Positions 18,168 to 28,724 of a stretch of 64,000 nt of DNA are shown here, piece after piece. The position numbers and the translations under genes were made by a program. The DNA comes from Candidatus Omnitrophota bacterium (GTDB taxonomy: Bacteria; Omnitrophota; Omnitrophia; Omnitrophales; Aquincolibacteriaceae). The stretch covers positions 1,410-65,409 of the forward strand of contig JAZDFE010000040.1 in the NCBI GenBank assembly GCA_043808175.1, written 5' to 3'. The notes under the pieces are model-generated. The model was not told where the DNA came from, did not search any database, and saw nothing but the letters and a program-made list of their open reading frames with translations. Position 1 is the first letter of the stretch; each line of letters begins with the position of its first letter.

Positions 18168-18866
18168 ATGGCCCTAAGTGGGTGGTTCAAGTTCAAAAAG
18201 ATCAGGCTGTTGCTGGCCTGGGGCTCGATCCCTGTCCTGCTCCTTTGTTCTCATATGAACGACCGGACTTTCCGCTGGGGTATTGTGCTCGTGGTCATTG
18301 GCGAACTGATCCGTTTTTGGGCGCTCGGGTTCGTGGAGAAAAAAGGCCGGAAGCTCGCCATGAACGGCCCTTATGCCTTCGTGCGCAATCCCCTTTATGT
18401 CGGCAATTTTTTCTTAGGGCTGGGCGTCGCAGTGATCGTTTGGAATTGGATCATTCTGGTCCTTTTCCTTGCCGGATTCTTGGGGATCTATACGGGAACC
18501 ATTCGCGGTGAGGAAAAACACTTGCGCGAAATGTTCGGTAAACCTTATGAGGATTATTGCAAGAATGTCCCGTCCTTCCTTCCGAGATTGACGCCTCATG
18601 TAGCGCCTGAAAAAGAATCCTTCCTCTGGAGCCGCATCATCAAGCATCACGAGTACATCACGGTTGCCGGCATCTTCCTCATGCTCATGATGATCCATCT
18701 TTATGATGAACTCTTCCTCGCCAAAGAACCCGTGGCCCATGAAATGCCCTTGATCATCGCCACCATGATCCTAGTGCTGGCGCTGGCGCTTGAGCGGGTC
18801 TTTGTCAGCCGCCTCCACATCACGTTCTTTGAGCGCCTGCGCGAAAAAGACACTCCGAAAAAATAG
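18168..18866 (+). CDS. Isoprenylcysteine carboxyl / phospholipid methyltransferase family membrane protein
   Basis: NGPYAFVRNPLYVGNFFLGLG and IRGEEKHL motifs of the ICMT/PEMT family. Confidence 0.75.
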   Translation: MALSGWFKFKKIRLLLAWGSIPVLLLCSHMNDRTFRWGIVLVVIGELIRFWALGFVEKKGRKLAMNGPYAFVRNPLYVGNFFLGLGVAVIVWNWIILVLFLAGFLGIYTGTIRGEEKHLREMFGKPYEDYCKNVPSFLPRLTPHVAPEKESFLWSRIIKHHEYITVAGIFLMLMMIHLYDELFLAKEPVAHEMPLIIATMILVLALALERVFVSRLHITFFERLREKDTPKK

Positions 18867-18995
18867 ATCATAAGCGCTCTCTCTAAGAAGAGGTTGACCC
18901 GGGCAAGCCTGAGTCCCTATAATCTCGTAAGATCGTTTCACAGCAGATCATTTTTAAGAAATTCCAAGAAAATTTTCTCACGGGAGATGGCGATC

Positions 18996-20447
18996 ATGCT
19001 GGAATTCAAACGGAAAGTCCTTTGTATCGGTTTTGGCTCCGTGGGCAAGTGCGCCCTGCCGATCCTCCTCGAACACATCCGCATCCCTTATAGGAACATC
19101 ACGGTGCTCGACTTCGCGGACAAACGCAAGGAGCTCGCGCCCTGGATCAAAAAAGGCGTCCGTTACTCCCAGGAAAAATTGAACCCCGTCAACATTGCGC
19201 GAACGCTTTCCAAATACGTCTCCTCCGGCGGCATGATCATCGACCTGTCCTGGAATGTCGACTCGCTCGACATGCTTTCCTGGTGCCATGATAACAAAGT
19301 GCTTTACGTAAACACCTCCGTCGAGGAATGGGATCCGTATGCCAATATTGAAAAAAGGACCCCGCTTGAAAAATCGCTTTATTTCAAGCAGATGGGGCTC
19401 CGCAAGATGACGGCCAAGTGGGCGCATGATTCCACGACGGCGGTGCTGGACCATGGCGCCAACCCAGGGCTCATCAGCCACTTCACAAAGCAGGGGCTCC
19501 TCGACATCGCCGAGAAAGTGACCCGCGACAAGGCCACTTCCAAAAAAGACAGGAAATCCCTGGAACATCTGGTCCGCGAGGAAAAATTCCACCGCCTGGC
19601 CATGAAGCTCGGCGTGAAAGCGATCCATGTGAGCGAACGCGACACCCAGATCACGGACCAGCCGAAAGAAGTCGATGAATTCGTCGGCACCTGGTCGATC
19701 GAAGGTCTCCGGGAAGAAGCGATCTCCCCCTCAGAAATAGGATGGGGCACGCATGAAAAAGAATTGCCTCCTTTAACCACGGTGCCGGAATATGGCCCCC
19801 AGAATCAGATCTTCCTTTCTCAGATGGGCATGAACACCTGGGTGCGCTCTTGGGTCCCGAACTATGAGATCGTCGGCATGGTGATCCGTCACGGGGAGGC
19901 GTTCAGCATTTCAGAAAAACTCACGGTCTGGAAGAATGGCAAACCCGTCTACCGTCCGACGGTCCATTACGTTTATATGCCGTGCAATGAAACCATGTCC
20001 TCGATCCACGAGCTCCGCTGCCGCAATTACGAGCTTCAGCCCAAATGCCGCATTATGTCGGACGAGATCGTAAAAGGCGCGGACATCTTGGGATCCTTGA
20101 TCATGGGGCATAAATATAATTCCTGGTGGACCGGGAGCATTCTTACGATTGACGAAGCGCGCAAGCTCGTCCCGCATCAGAACGCCACCACGATCCAGGT
20201 AGCGATCGGCGTGGTCGCTGCGGTGATGTGGATGATCGAACATCCCAACAAAGGCGTCTCGGTCCCGGACGATCTCCCGCACAAAGAGATCCTCGCCATC
20301 GCGAAACCTTATCTCGGCATGGTGGTTTCGGAACCTTACGATTGGACCCCTTTTAAGAATTATCAGGTCTTCTTCCAAGAAAATCAGAGCTCACACTTGG
20401 ATAAGAAAAATCCCTGGTGCTTTAAGAACTTCTTATTTAAAGAATAA
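18996..20447 (+). CDS. hss: Homospermidine synthase (saccharopine dehydrogenase-like fold)
   Basis: [21 protein letters not shown] Rossmann motif and [15 protein letters not shown], as in bacterial Hss. ATG 18996 has GGGAGA ~8 nt upstream; ATG 18987 is the alternative start. Confidence 0.8.
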   Translation: MLEFKRKVLCIGFGSVGKCALPILLEHIRIPYRNITVLDFADKRKELAPWIKKGVRYSQEKLNPVNIARTLSKYVSSGGMIIDLSWNVDSLDMLSWCHDNKVLYVNTSVEEWDPYANIEKRTPLEKSLYFKQMGLRKMTAKWAHDSTTAVLDHGANPGLISHFTKQGLLDIAEKVTRDKATSKKDRKSLEHLVREEKFHRLAMKLGVKAIHVSERDTQITDQPKEVDEFVGTWSIEGLREEAISPSEIGWGTHEKELPPLTTVPEYGPQNQIFLSQMGMNTWVRSWVPNYEIVGMVIRHGEAFSISEKLTVWKNGKPVYRPTVHYVYMPCNETMSSIHELRCRNYELQPKCRIMSDEIVKGADILGSLIMGHKYNSWWTGSILTIDEARKLVPHQNATTIQVAIGVVAAVMWMIEHPNKGVSVPDDLPHKEILAIAKPYLGMVVSEPYDWTPFKNYQVFFQENQSSHLDKKNPWCFKNFLFKE

Positions 20448-20469
20448 CTGCGGAAAACGTCATTTCAAA

Positions 20470-20817
20470 ATGATCAAAAAAAAGAGCAGCCAAACGATCG
20501 AAAAACGCAAAAATATGCGCGGCGGCGCGGGCGAGGTCACGGTCCGTCATTATTTGAAGCCCGAAGAGATCAAGGCCCGTACACGGCTTTGCGCGGAACT
20601 CGTCCTTCCCCCGGGTGCGAGCATCGGTCTTCACGACCACACAGACGAAGACGAGATCTATCTTATTCAAAAAGGCCAAGGGCTCATGACCGACGACGGC
20701 AAAGAATTTCCGATCGCGCCCGGCGATGCCATTCTCACGGGCCAGGGCGCTTCTCATTCCATAAAAAACACCGGCGCTGATGACCTTGTTGTCACCGCCG
20801 TGGTCATCAAATACTGA
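20470..20817 (+). CDS. Cupin domain protein
   Basis: [21 protein letters not shown]...[17 protein letters not shown] cupin motifs 1 and 2. Confidence 0.75.
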   Translation: MIKKKSSQTIEKRKNMRGGAGEVTVRHYLKPEEIKARTRLCAELVLPPGASIGLHDHTDEDEIYLIQKGQGLMTDDGKEFPIAPGDAILTGQGASHSIKNTGADDLVVTAVVIKY

Positions 20818-21932
20818 TGCCTCCCATTTTTCCTCAGGAAACTTTTCTGCCGGCCAGGGTCCTTTTTAAAAAAGGCGGCCTTTCGGACCTTGTAAGGGAA
20901 ACCGTGGAATTTGGAACCTGCGGCATGATCGTCCACGGCACATCTCTCGAAAAAAATGGTCTCAAGGAAAAGATCGCGGATGATTTTAGAAAGGCAAGGC
21001 TTTTCGCCGAGTTCTTTTGCCGCCCGCAAGGCGAGCCGACCTTAGGCGAGATCAGTGCGGTGGTCACAAAGGGACGCGGCTTTCACATCGAATGGATCAT
21101 CGGGATCGGCGGCGGCAGTGTCCTCGACCTTGCCAAGGCCGCAGCCGGGCTTTTCCATGCCAAGGAAAAACCGGCCTATTACCAGGAAGGGGGCGCACTT
21201 GAGAGATCAGGAATTCCGTTTATCGCGGTCCCAACGACCGCGGGCAGCGGCTCGGAAGCGTCGCCTAATTCCGTGATCATCAATCAGGAAAAAAAGGTAA
21301 AGCTCTCCATCCGCCATAAAGATTTCCTCGCACGCAAGGTTCTTCTCGACCCGGACCTTCTCAAGGGCCTGCCGTTTGCCGTCATGTGTCATTCGGGGAT
21401 GGACGCCTGGGTCCAGGCGTATGAATCGTTCATCTCAAAGAATGCGACCTGGTTCAGCGAAAACTTTGCGCTCAAAGCGATCCAGCTGATCAGCCGTCAC
21501 TTGGTGCCGGCCTTAAACGCGGGCCGCGACGAAGATCTCAGCGGTCTTATGCTCGGAAGTTTTTTCTCCGGGCTCGCCTTTTCCCATTCGCGCCTCGGCG
21601 TGATCCACGGCCTCGCGCATCCTTTGGGCGTACTCTACGATGTCCCGCATGGCCTGATCTGCTCGATCTGTTTCGCGCCTTCCATTAAACTCAATCTCGA
21701 AGCCATGGGCAATCAGAAATACTCCATTATGAGTCAGGCCGTCGGCATGGACCTCCTCCAGAAAGTCCATGAACTCCAGAAAACGCTTAAGATCGTTTCC
21801 CCTTTCAAGGGGAAGCCCCTACTCGACAAAGAAAAAATTATTTCCGAAACACTCCATTCTGGTTCCACCGCCGCGAACCCCAAGCCTATCACCCGGGACG
21901 ACGTTGAATATCTCTTGAGAGAGATCTTTTAA
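20817..21932 (+). CDS. Iron-containing alcohol dehydrogenase family protein
   Basis: GIGGGSVLDLAKA and VPTTAGSGSE motifs, plus His-rich metal ligands (GLAHPLG). Confidence 0.85.
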   Translation: MPPIFPQETFLPARVLFKKGGLSDLVRETVEFGTCGMIVHGTSLEKNGLKEKIADDFRKARLFAEFFCRPQGEPTLGEISAVVTKGRGFHIEWIIGIGGGSVLDLAKAAAGLFHAKEKPAYYQEGGALERSGIPFIAVPTTAGSGSEASPNSVIINQEKKVKLSIRHKDFLARKVLLDPDLLKGLPFAVMCHSGMDAWVQAYESFISKNATWFSENFALKAIQLISRHLVPALNAGRDEDLSGLMLGSFFSGLAFSHSRLGVIHGLAHPLGVLYDVPHGLICSICFAPSIKLNLEAMGNQKYSIMSQAVGMDLLQKVHELQKTLKIVSPFKGKPLLDKEKIISETLHSGSTAANPKPITRDDVEYLLREIF

Positions 21933-22049
21933 AAAGATCTTGGGAAATAGACAATGGTTGACGGGGAACGCTGAACGAAAAAAGTTTTTAACGTTCCATG
22001 TTCTCCGCAAAAATATTTTTTTATTTTTGCATCTATGCTAGGATGCCCC

Positions 22050-22952
22050 ATGCAGGAAAAACCTTCTTTCAGCTATTGGTTTCAGTACCTCATCGTCCGT
22101 TTTTTGGCCATGCTCGCAACAGCGCTTCCGGTAGAGGTTTCACACAGGATCGCCTGCGGATTCGGGACTTTGTCCTACTGGATCTTGAGAAAGCGCCGCA
22201 AGATCGCGCTTGAAAATATCGCGAGCGCCCTTGGGGATTCCCTTCCGGAACGAAGAAAGAAAGAGATCGCGCGCTCCGCGTTCCAAAGCGCCGCGCTTTC
22301 CATGATGGAACTTTTCACGGTCGAGAAGATCAAAAAAGAGGCCCCGACACGTTTCAAACTCTTCGGGAATGAATTCCTGGAAGAAGCCTTTTCAAAAGAG
22401 CACGGTGTCGTGCTGGTCATCTCCCATCTGGGTTCCTGGGAATATCTTTCATTCCTTCCCTATTTCACGAAGCGGCCGTGGTCTGTCGTGGTCAAAAACA
22501 TCAAAAATCCTTATCTCGATCAGGCGATCGACGCGATGCGCCGCGTCATGACCGTTAATCCGATCGCTAAAGACAGTTCGGTCAGAGCCATTTTTCACGA
22601 ACTTAAAACCGGCCATGGGGTCGCCATTCTGGTCGATCAGTGGGCGGGCAAAGAAGGCCTCTGGGTCGATTTTTTTGATACCAAGACCTCGACCACTTCG
22701 ATCCCCGCCCGGCTCTCCGAAAAGACCGGCTGCGCGCTTGTTTCCGCGTACTGCCTCCGGAAAGCCCCGGGACATTACGAGATTCATATCGAAAAACCTA
22801 TGCTTCATGATATGAACCAACCGGGATGGGAAAATACGGTCACGAAAGACCTCAACCAGATCCTTGAACGCCAGATACTGGCGCATCCTGAGCAATGGCT
22901 CTGGGGCCATCGCAGGTGGAAAAATAAACCCGACAATCTCCGGTCGTCTTGA
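22050..22952 (+). CDS. Lysophospholipid / lipid A biosynthesis (LpxL/HtrB-type) acyltransferase
   Basis: SHLGSWEY (HX4E/D-type) motif and HPEQWLWGHRRWK C-terminus typical of the LpxL family. Start at ATG 22050, preceded by AGGA. Confidence 0.8.
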   Translation: MQEKPSFSYWFQYLIVRFLAMLATALPVEVSHRIACGFGTLSYWILRKRRKIALENIASALGDSLPERRKKEIARSAFQSAALSMMELFTVEKIKKEAPTRFKLFGNEFLEEAFSKEHGVVLVISHLGSWEYLSFLPYFTKRPWSVVVKNIKNPYLDQAIDAMRRVMTVNPIAKDSSVRAIFHELKTGHGVAILVDQWAGKEGLWVDFFDTKTSTTSIPARLSEKTGCALVSAYCLRKAPGHYEIHIEKPMLHDMNQPGWENTVTKDLNQILERQILAHPEQWLWGHRRWKNKPDNLRSS

Positions 22953-24118
22953 TGGACATCGAACTCAAGATCGAAAAGCTGGTGTTTGGCGGTGACGGCC
23001 TGGGATTCGTTGACGGAAAGGCCTGCTTCGTGGAAAGGGCCCTTCCGGGCGAGAAGATCCTCGCGCGGATCTTAAGCGACAAACCTAACTTCATGAAAGC
23101 AAGGCTCATCCGCGTCCTGGAGGCTTCTCCATGCCGTATTCCTCCGCCCTGTTCTTATATCGAACGCTGCGGCGGCTGCCAGTATCAGGATCTCCCCTAC
23201 CCCGAAGAATTGAAATGGAAAGAACGCCAGGTGCGTGAAAGTTTCGCTCAGGCGTTCAAGACCGAGGAGATCCCCATCCTTCCGATCCAACAGGGTCCCA
23301 AGGAATACGGCTACCGGACGAGCATCACGATCCACCGCACCACAGAGAAAAACAACAAACCCCAGCGCCTCGGTTTCATCGGCCATGACAACTATTCCAA
23401 GGTCTTGATCGATTATTGCATGCTCGCCGACGAGCGACTCAGGGAGATTTTTACCGCCGAACACAAGCTCAACAGGCGCGAGGAAAAAAGAGGTTTCAAG
23501 CTGGACGAAAAGGGCCGGATCTTCACAAATGATGAGGAAAAACTTTATCGCGTTAGTATCGGCGGCCAATCGCTCTGGGCGAGCTCCATGGGGTTCTTTC
23601 AGAATAATATCGAAGTGACGGAACTCATCGCAAAAAAATTGGGGGGGTATCTCGAGGCCTTAAAACCCTCCAGGTTCTTGGATCTCTACGCCGGCGTTGG
23701 GACTTTTCCGCTTCTCGCAGCCCGAGGCGTACCCGAGGTCCATTGTTTTGAAGACAGCCCCTACAGCACGGGCTGTCTCAGAAGAAATGTCGGGGAATGG
23801 GAATTGCCTCTGGCGGGGATTTTCGCGGGAAAAGTCGAGAAAATATTCCCGCGTTTTATCCTTCGCAGCCCCAAGCCGGGAGCACTGGTATTCATGGACC
23901 CGCCGCGACAGGGGATCGCATCGTCGCTTGCGGATTTTTTGGCTAAAGAAGATGTCGGGGAGAACATCCTTTATCTTGCCTGCGACCTTCAGATCCTTTT
24001 GCGGGACTTGAAGCAGATCCTCGAAAGGGGCCGCTACAAGATCCGGGAAGTCATTCCCTTCGACATGTTCCCCCGCACAAAGCACATCGAGGTGCTGGTC
24101 TGGCTCTCTAAAATTTAG
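22949..24118 (+). CDS. TRAM-domain 23S rRNA (uracil-C5)-methyltransferase RlmD-like
   Basis: N-terminal TRAM-like beta-barrel, Fe-S Cys cluster (CSYIERCGGCQYQ), a SAM-binding fold, and the C-terminal FDMFPRTKHIE motif. Confidence 0.8.
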   Translation: MMDIELKIEKLVFGGDGLGFVDGKACFVERALPGEKILARILSDKPNFMKARLIRVLEASPCRIPPPCSYIERCGGCQYQDLPYPEELKWKERQVRESFAQAFKTEEIPILPIQQGPKEYGYRTSITIHRTTEKNNKPQRLGFIGHDNYSKVLIDYCMLADERLREIFTAEHKLNRREEKRGFKLDEKGRIFTNDEEKLYRVSIGGQSLWASSMGFFQNNIEVTELIAKKLGGYLEALKPSRFLDLYAGVGTFPLLAARGVPEVHCFEDSPYSTGCLRRNVGEWELPLAGIFAGKVEKIFPRFILRSPKPGALVFMDPPRQGIASSLADFLAKEDVGENILYLACDLQILLRDLKQILERGRYKIREVIPFDMFPRTKHIEVLVWLSKI

Positions 24119-25311
24119 GCTGTTTTCCCGGCCACGGCGCCGCTGGCCCAGGCCCAGGCGAGATTGTAGCCGCCCCGCCGTCCCTGCACATCGAGTACTT
24201 CCCCGGCAAAATAAAGACCTTTTTGGAGCTTGGACTCCAGCGTCAGAGGATCCACTTCTTCCGCCGGGATCCCGCCCGCCGTGAATTCCGCTTCATTCCA
24301 GCCGCGTGTGCCGATTACTTTGAATTCTTTGTGCTTGAGTGATCTAGCGATCGCGGCAACGTCGGAACCTTGCAACATTCCGCGAAGGAGACCCGACACC
24401 TTATGAGGCAAGAGTCCCTCCGCAAGGCTCTCGCGGGCGATGCCTCTTGTCAATTTTCCGGACAACTCCGCGATTAGTTCTTTTTCGCCCATGAACGGAA
24501 TAAGATCTACAACCACGGAAACATTCGTCTCATGATCGCGGTTCAGGGCGACCGAGATCTCATCGCTCACATCCAGGACTGCCGTGCCGGAAAGTCCGTA
24601 CTGGGTAAATAAGAGTTCGCCGGAAGCCGTGCGAACTTCTTTCCCGCGAACGCGGCTTGTCACGGAGACCCGGAGCTTCTGTCCCTGGAGCGTGTGGCAC
24701 CACGGATCTTTCACGAGCAAGGGAACAGTGCTCGGTACCGGTTCAATGATCTTGTGCCCGAACATCGAGGCAAGCACGTAGCCGTTCCCATCCGCGCCCA
24801 GTGCGGGATAAGACTTCCCTCCGGCGCACAAGATGACTTTGCGGCCCGTTTCCCGCTCTCCGCTTCCCGCCGAGATCTCAAATCCATTTTTCGCGACACG
24901 AATGTTTTTTATTTCGCAGCCAAGATCGATCGTCACCTTAAGCCTCTCAAGCTCCATCTCAAGCACCTTGAGCGCCGAGGCCGCCTGGTTCGTCACCGGG
25001 AAGATCCGGCCCACTTCATCCGCGTAGGTCGCAAGGCCCAGCTCTTTGAAAAATCCGAGCACGGCTTCTTTTCCGAACTGGCCCAGGACCGAACGGACAA
25101 GCGTTTGGCTTCCCGGATTATAAAAAGAATCGTTGAGGATGTCGTTCGAGAGATTGCAACGGCCGGCACCCGTGATGAGCAGTTTTTTCCCGAGTTTCGT
25201 CATTTTTTCGCACACGAGGACCGACGCGCCCCGGCGCTTGACGGTGATCGCCGCCATCATTCCCGCCGCACCACCTCCGATGATGATCACATCATACTGA
25301 GCCATAGTCAC
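24115..25311 (-). CDS. NAD(P)/FAD-dependent oxidoreductase, HI0933/BaiN family
   Basis: YDVIIIGGGAAGMMAA dinucleotide fold and the C-terminal GRRGGYNLAWAWASG motif. Confidence 0.8.
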   Translation of the reverse strand: MTMAQYDVIIIGGGAAGMMAAITVKRRGASVLVCEKMTKLGKKLLITGAGRCNLSNDILNDSFYNPGSQTLVRSVLGQFGKEAVLGFFKELGLATYADEVGRIFPVTNQAASALKVLEMELERLKVTIDLGCEIKNIRVAKNGFEISAGSGERETGRKVILCAGGKSYPALGADGNGYVLASMFGHKIIEPVPSTVPLLVKDPWCHTLQGQKLRVSVTSRVRGKEVRTASGELLFTQYGLSGTAVLDVSDEISVALNRDHETNVSVVVDLIPFMGEKELIAELSGKLTRGIARESLAEGLLPHKVSGLLRGMLQGSDVAAIARSLKHKEFKVIGTRGWNEAEFTAGGIPAEEVDPLTLESKLQKGLYFAGEVLDVQGRRGGYNLAWAWASGAVAGKTA

Positions 25312-27103
25312 CTTGCTTTCTCGGGAAATGGCTAACGGAAAACGCGGAACGCTTCCTATTCTTCGTTTGCCGTTCCCCGCTCATCGTTCCCCTTCTTTTC
25401 GGCTGAATCCACTCACGTTGAACTTGCCGTTCCTTGTAGGTTTTTGCGGTCGCGACCCGTTCACCGGTCATCGGGTGCTTACCCGTGTAATACATGCAGG
25501 TCGAAAGGGTCATGGGCAATGGCATAAAGTCCTGTACCTGCTCCGGATGCATTCGTTTCGCGGATAAATAGGCGGCAAGCTCCCTGGCGTCCCCGTCCGT
25601 ACATCCTGGATGCGCGCTGATGAAATAATTCACGAGATATTGTTCTTTGCCGGCTTTCCGGTTCATAGTTTTAAATCGCCCGGCAAACCGCTCGTAGACC
25701 TCGATCGGCGGTTTATTCATTATCTTGAGCACAGCGTTCGAGGCGTGTTCCGGAGCGACTTTCAACTGACCGCTTACATGGCTCTTGCAAAGCGCTTCGA
25801 GATACGCATCCGATTCTTTTTCTACGAGCAGGTCATACCGGAGACCGCTTTGAATGAAAAGGTGCTTGACCTTCGGGACGGCCAGAACTTCTTTCCAGAG
25901 CTTGATGGATTTTTCATACCCGAGCCTCAAGCTTTTGCATTTCACGGGCATCATGCACTGCTTCGTCTTGCAAGCGCCCGAATGCTCCCATTGTTCGCAT
26001 GTGGCGCCGTAGAGATTTGCGGTCGGGCCACCGATATCGGTGATCGTGCCCTTGAACTTTGATTGGCGCGCCAAGATCCGGACCTCTTCTAGGATCGACT
26101 CTTGGCTACGGCTCTGGATCATCCGTCCCTGATGCGCAAAAAGGGAGCAAAAATTGCATTCTCCGGCGCAACCTCGATGCCCCGTAATGGAAAAACGCAC
26201 CGTTTCAAATCCAGGAACACCGCCTGCCGTTTCATAAACCGGATGCCATTCGCGAGTGAAGGGCAGGCCGTAATAATGATCGAGCACGGCCGTTGTAAGC
26301 GGCAACGCGGGCGGCTCCTGGATCACGAAACGAGTGCCGTGTTTCTGGATCACGGGCTTCCCTCGCACGGGATCCCCTTCCGGATACGCGAGCCTGAACG
26401 CTTCATTGAACTTATCCTTATCGGTACTCGCCTCCTCAAAAGAAGGCAACGGGACCGCGCTTTCAAAACCTTCGTTATGGTTCCGGACGATTACCGTACC
26501 CCGGATATCTTTCAGTTTCTTAATGTCCTCCCCGTCACAAAGGCGCCTCGCGATCTCACGGACCTGGCTCTCCCCCATGCCGTAAACCAGCAGATCCGCT
26601 TTCGCATCCACCAGGATCGAACGGCGCACGTCCTCGGTCCAATAATCAAAATGCGCGAGGCGCCGGAGGCTCGCCTCGACGCCGCCAAGGATCACGGGCA
26701 CGCCGGGAAAAAGTTCTTTTACTCTGTTTGTATAAACGATCGAAGCGCGGTTAGGCCTCAGGCCCGGCCGGCCGCTCGGTGAATAATCATCCGTACGCCG
26801 CGGTTTTTTACTCGCGGTGTAATTGCTCACCATGGAATCGAGATTACCGGCCGTGATCCCGAAAAAAAGCCGGGGACGCCCCAGCGCGAGAAAATCCACG
26901 GAAGTCTTCCAATCGGGCTGCGCGATGATCCCGACCTTGTAACCCGCATCTTCAAGGACCCGCCCGATGATCGCCGCGCCGTAGGAAGGATGATCCACAT
27001 ACGCGTCCCCCGTCACCAGGATGATGTCGCACGCGTCCCAGCCTCGTTCCGTAAGATCTTGCTTGGATATGGGAAGGAAATTTTTCCGCTCTGTTTTTGA
27101 CAT
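25292..27103 (-). CDS. ygiQ: YgiQ family radical SAM protein
   Basis: FLPISKQDLTERGWDACDIILVTGDAYVDHPSYG N-domain and CAGECNFC radical-SAM cluster. The start is moved to ATG 27103 (MSKTERK...). Confidence 0.85.
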   Translation of the reverse strand: MSKTERKNFLPISKQDLTERGWDACDIILVTGDAYVDHPSYGAAIIGRVLEDAGYKVGIIAQPDWKTSVDFLALGRPRLFFGITAGNLDSMVSNYTASKKPRRTDDYSPSGRPGLRPNRASIVYTNRVKELFPGVPVILGGVEASLRRLAHFDYWTEDVRRSILVDAKADLLVYGMGESQVREIARRLCDGEDIKKLKDIRGTVIVRNHNEGFESAVPLPSFEEASTDKDKFNEAFRLAYPEGDPVRGKPVIQKHGTRFVIQEPPALPLTTAVLDHYYGLPFTREWHPVYETAGGVPGFETVRFSITGHRGCAGECNFCSLFAHQGRMIQSRSQESILEEVRILARQSKFKGTITDIGGPTANLYGATCEQWEHSGACKTKQCMMPVKCKSLRLGYEKSIKLWKEVLAVPKVKHLFIQSGLRYDLLVEKESDAYLEALCKSHVSGQLKVAPEHASNAVLKIMNKPPIEVYERFAGRFKTMNRKAGKEQYLVNYFISAHPGCTDGDARELAAYLSAKRMHPEQVQDFMPLPMTLSTCMYYTGKHPMTGERVATAKTYKERQVQREWIQPKRRGTMSGERQTKNRKRSAFSVSHFPRKQGDYGSV

Positions 27104-27212
27104 GACGGGATTATAACCTCTCCGTAAAGCAAAGACCACAATCCCAATGCGCTTCGTCAACGCTCAGCTCGCCCCAGCGAGGCGCTCTTCGCTCGCGCGT
27201 TCGACTTCACTC

Positions 27213-27362
27213 GACGGACAGGAATCGTAACGAGACAGCTCTCGGAGCTGATGGGAGCTTGGTTCCGCTCGCAAAGAGCGGATCCCATCAGCGAGAGCGC
27301 AGGCTGGCACTCGCCGCAGGAGCGAGTGAACAGCCGGTGTCGAAAGACGATTCCTGTCCGTC
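27213..27362. other. 150-nt element closed by a perfect 16-bp inverted repeat with two internal extended hairpins (candidate structured ncRNA or MITE-like element)
   Basis: gacggacaggaatcgt (27213-28) pairs with acgattcctgtccgtc (27347-62). Inside are gctctcg+ctgatggga...tcccatcag+cgagagc with the inner stem ccgctc/gagcgg, and ggctg+cactcgc...gcgagtg+cagcc. Confidence 0.45.
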
Positions 27363-27524
27363 ACCGTGCCCGTTCCGTCTCGCGAGCGTGCCTCATCGCA
27401 CTGGAATTGCTAATCGATGGAAGTGAAAAGCGCCGGAGAAAAAGCGTCACTGCTTGGCAGGCGAAAATCTCGTGCTATAATGAGGCGCTTTAATGACAAT
27501 CATAAGCAAATAGGAGGAAATATC

Positions 27525-28106
27525 ATGCCATTCACACTTCCGGAACTTCCTTATGCCTGGGACGCCCTTGCCCCACAGATCAGTAAAGAAACGCTCGAAT
27601 ACCATTACGGCAAACATCACAACGCCTATGTGACGAACCTGAACAAGTTAACGGACGGAAAACCCGAAGGCGGCAAATCCCTTGAAGAACTCATCAAAAC
27701 CGCCAAGGGACCTGTATTCAATAATGCCGCGCAGGTCTGGAACCACACGTTCTACTGGCATTGCTTGAAGCCCCAGGGCGGCGGACTTCCTACCGACGCT
27801 TTACTCGAAGCGATCAATGCTTCCTTCGGAAGTTTTGAGGAGTTTAAAACGCTTTTTACGAACATGGCGATCGGTCTCTTCGGATCTGGTTGGGCATGGT
27901 TGGTCAAAGATGAGGACGGAACGGTCGGGATCGAATCCATGTCGAATGCCGGCAATCCCCTCGTGAACGGCCAAACGCCCCTTCTGACTTGCGATGTGTG
28001 GGAGCATGCTTACTATATTGATTACCGGAATGCCCGCGCGAAATATGTAGAGGCGTTTTGGAATTTGGTGAATTGGGAGTTTGTGGCGAAAAATTTGCAA
28101 AAATAA
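27525..28106 (+). CDS. sodB: Fe/Mn superoxide dismutase
   Basis: MPFTLPELPYAWDALAPQISKETLEYHYGKHH... and DVWEHAYYIDYRN. AGGAGG lies 8 nt upstream of ATG 27525. Confidence 0.9.
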   Translation: MPFTLPELPYAWDALAPQISKETLEYHYGKHHNAYVTNLNKLTDGKPEGGKSLEELIKTAKGPVFNNAAQVWNHTFYWHCLKPQGGGLPTDALLEAINASFGSFEEFKTLFTNMAIGLFGSGWAWLVKDEDGTVGIESMSNAGNPLVNGQTPLLTCDVWEHAYYIDYRNARAKYVEAFWNLVNWEFVAKNLQK

Positions 28107-28117
28107 CGCAAAAAAAT

Positions 28118-28154
28118 CGATCCACGGGCCATGGGCCACGAAACCCGTGGATCG
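28118..28154. terminator. Hairpin between convergent sodB and the TPR gene (no U-tract)
   Basis: cgatccacggg (28118-28) pairs with cccgtggatcg (28144-54). An overlapping alternative stem is gggccatg..catggccc. Confidence 0.4.
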
Positions 28155-28169
28155 TGGTGCATGGCCCGG

Positions 28170-28664
28170 TTAATTCAGCATCGCCTGCATTCTTGAAATT
28201 GCTTTTCCGGCGAGAGAGTACTCGGGGTTTTGTTCGAGGGCGTGGCGATAAGCCTCAAGCGCCCTGGTCCAGTCCCCCTGACGTTCCCAGACGCGTCCCA
28301 AATTATACCAGGCGTAAAATCTTCCGTCATAGCGTTCGGCCGTGGTCGCTTTTTCAAGCCACGGGATCGCCTCTTCCAATCGCCCCGTCTCGATCATGTA
28401 CGCCCCGATATCATTGTAGGGATTCCCATATGCCGGATCCAAGCGGACAGCTTTTTCACATTCCCGGATCGCGTCCCCATACCGGCCCTTAATGCTGTAC
28501 GCCCATCCCAGGCAGGTGTGCGCCTCGGCCGTAGGCTGGGACGCGAGGGACTGGAGATAAAGGTCAATGGCCAGATCGATCTTCCCGGACATCTGCATCT
28601 CGTAGGCTTTCCGAAGAAGCTGCGCCGCATTTTCTTCTTTACTGCCAGAATCAAAGTTTTCCAT
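28170..28664 (-). CDS. Tetratricopeptide repeat protein
   Basis: About four TPR units (AxxxLGWAY..G.Y.DAI...EKA..LDP). Confidence 0.75.
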   Translation of the reverse strand: MENFDSGSKEENAAQLLRKAYEMQMSGKIDLAIDLYLQSLASQPTAEAHTCLGWAYSIKGRYGDAIRECEKAVRLDPAYGNPYNDIGAYMIETGRLEEAIPWLEKATTAERYDGRFYAWYNLGRVWERQGDWTRALEAYRHALEQNPEYSLAGKAISRMQAMLN

Positions 28665-28724
28665 AACATTTCCGGATAGAGGATGGCGTCAAACCAGATC
28701 TTTTGTCATCCGATATCCTGTTTT

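Noticed and set aside
27164-27493. ORFs 27164..27364 (minus) and 27251..27493 (plus)
   Set aside because: They mutually overlap, have no RBS, and coincide with perfectly palindromic DNA. They read as by-products of the inverted repeats.
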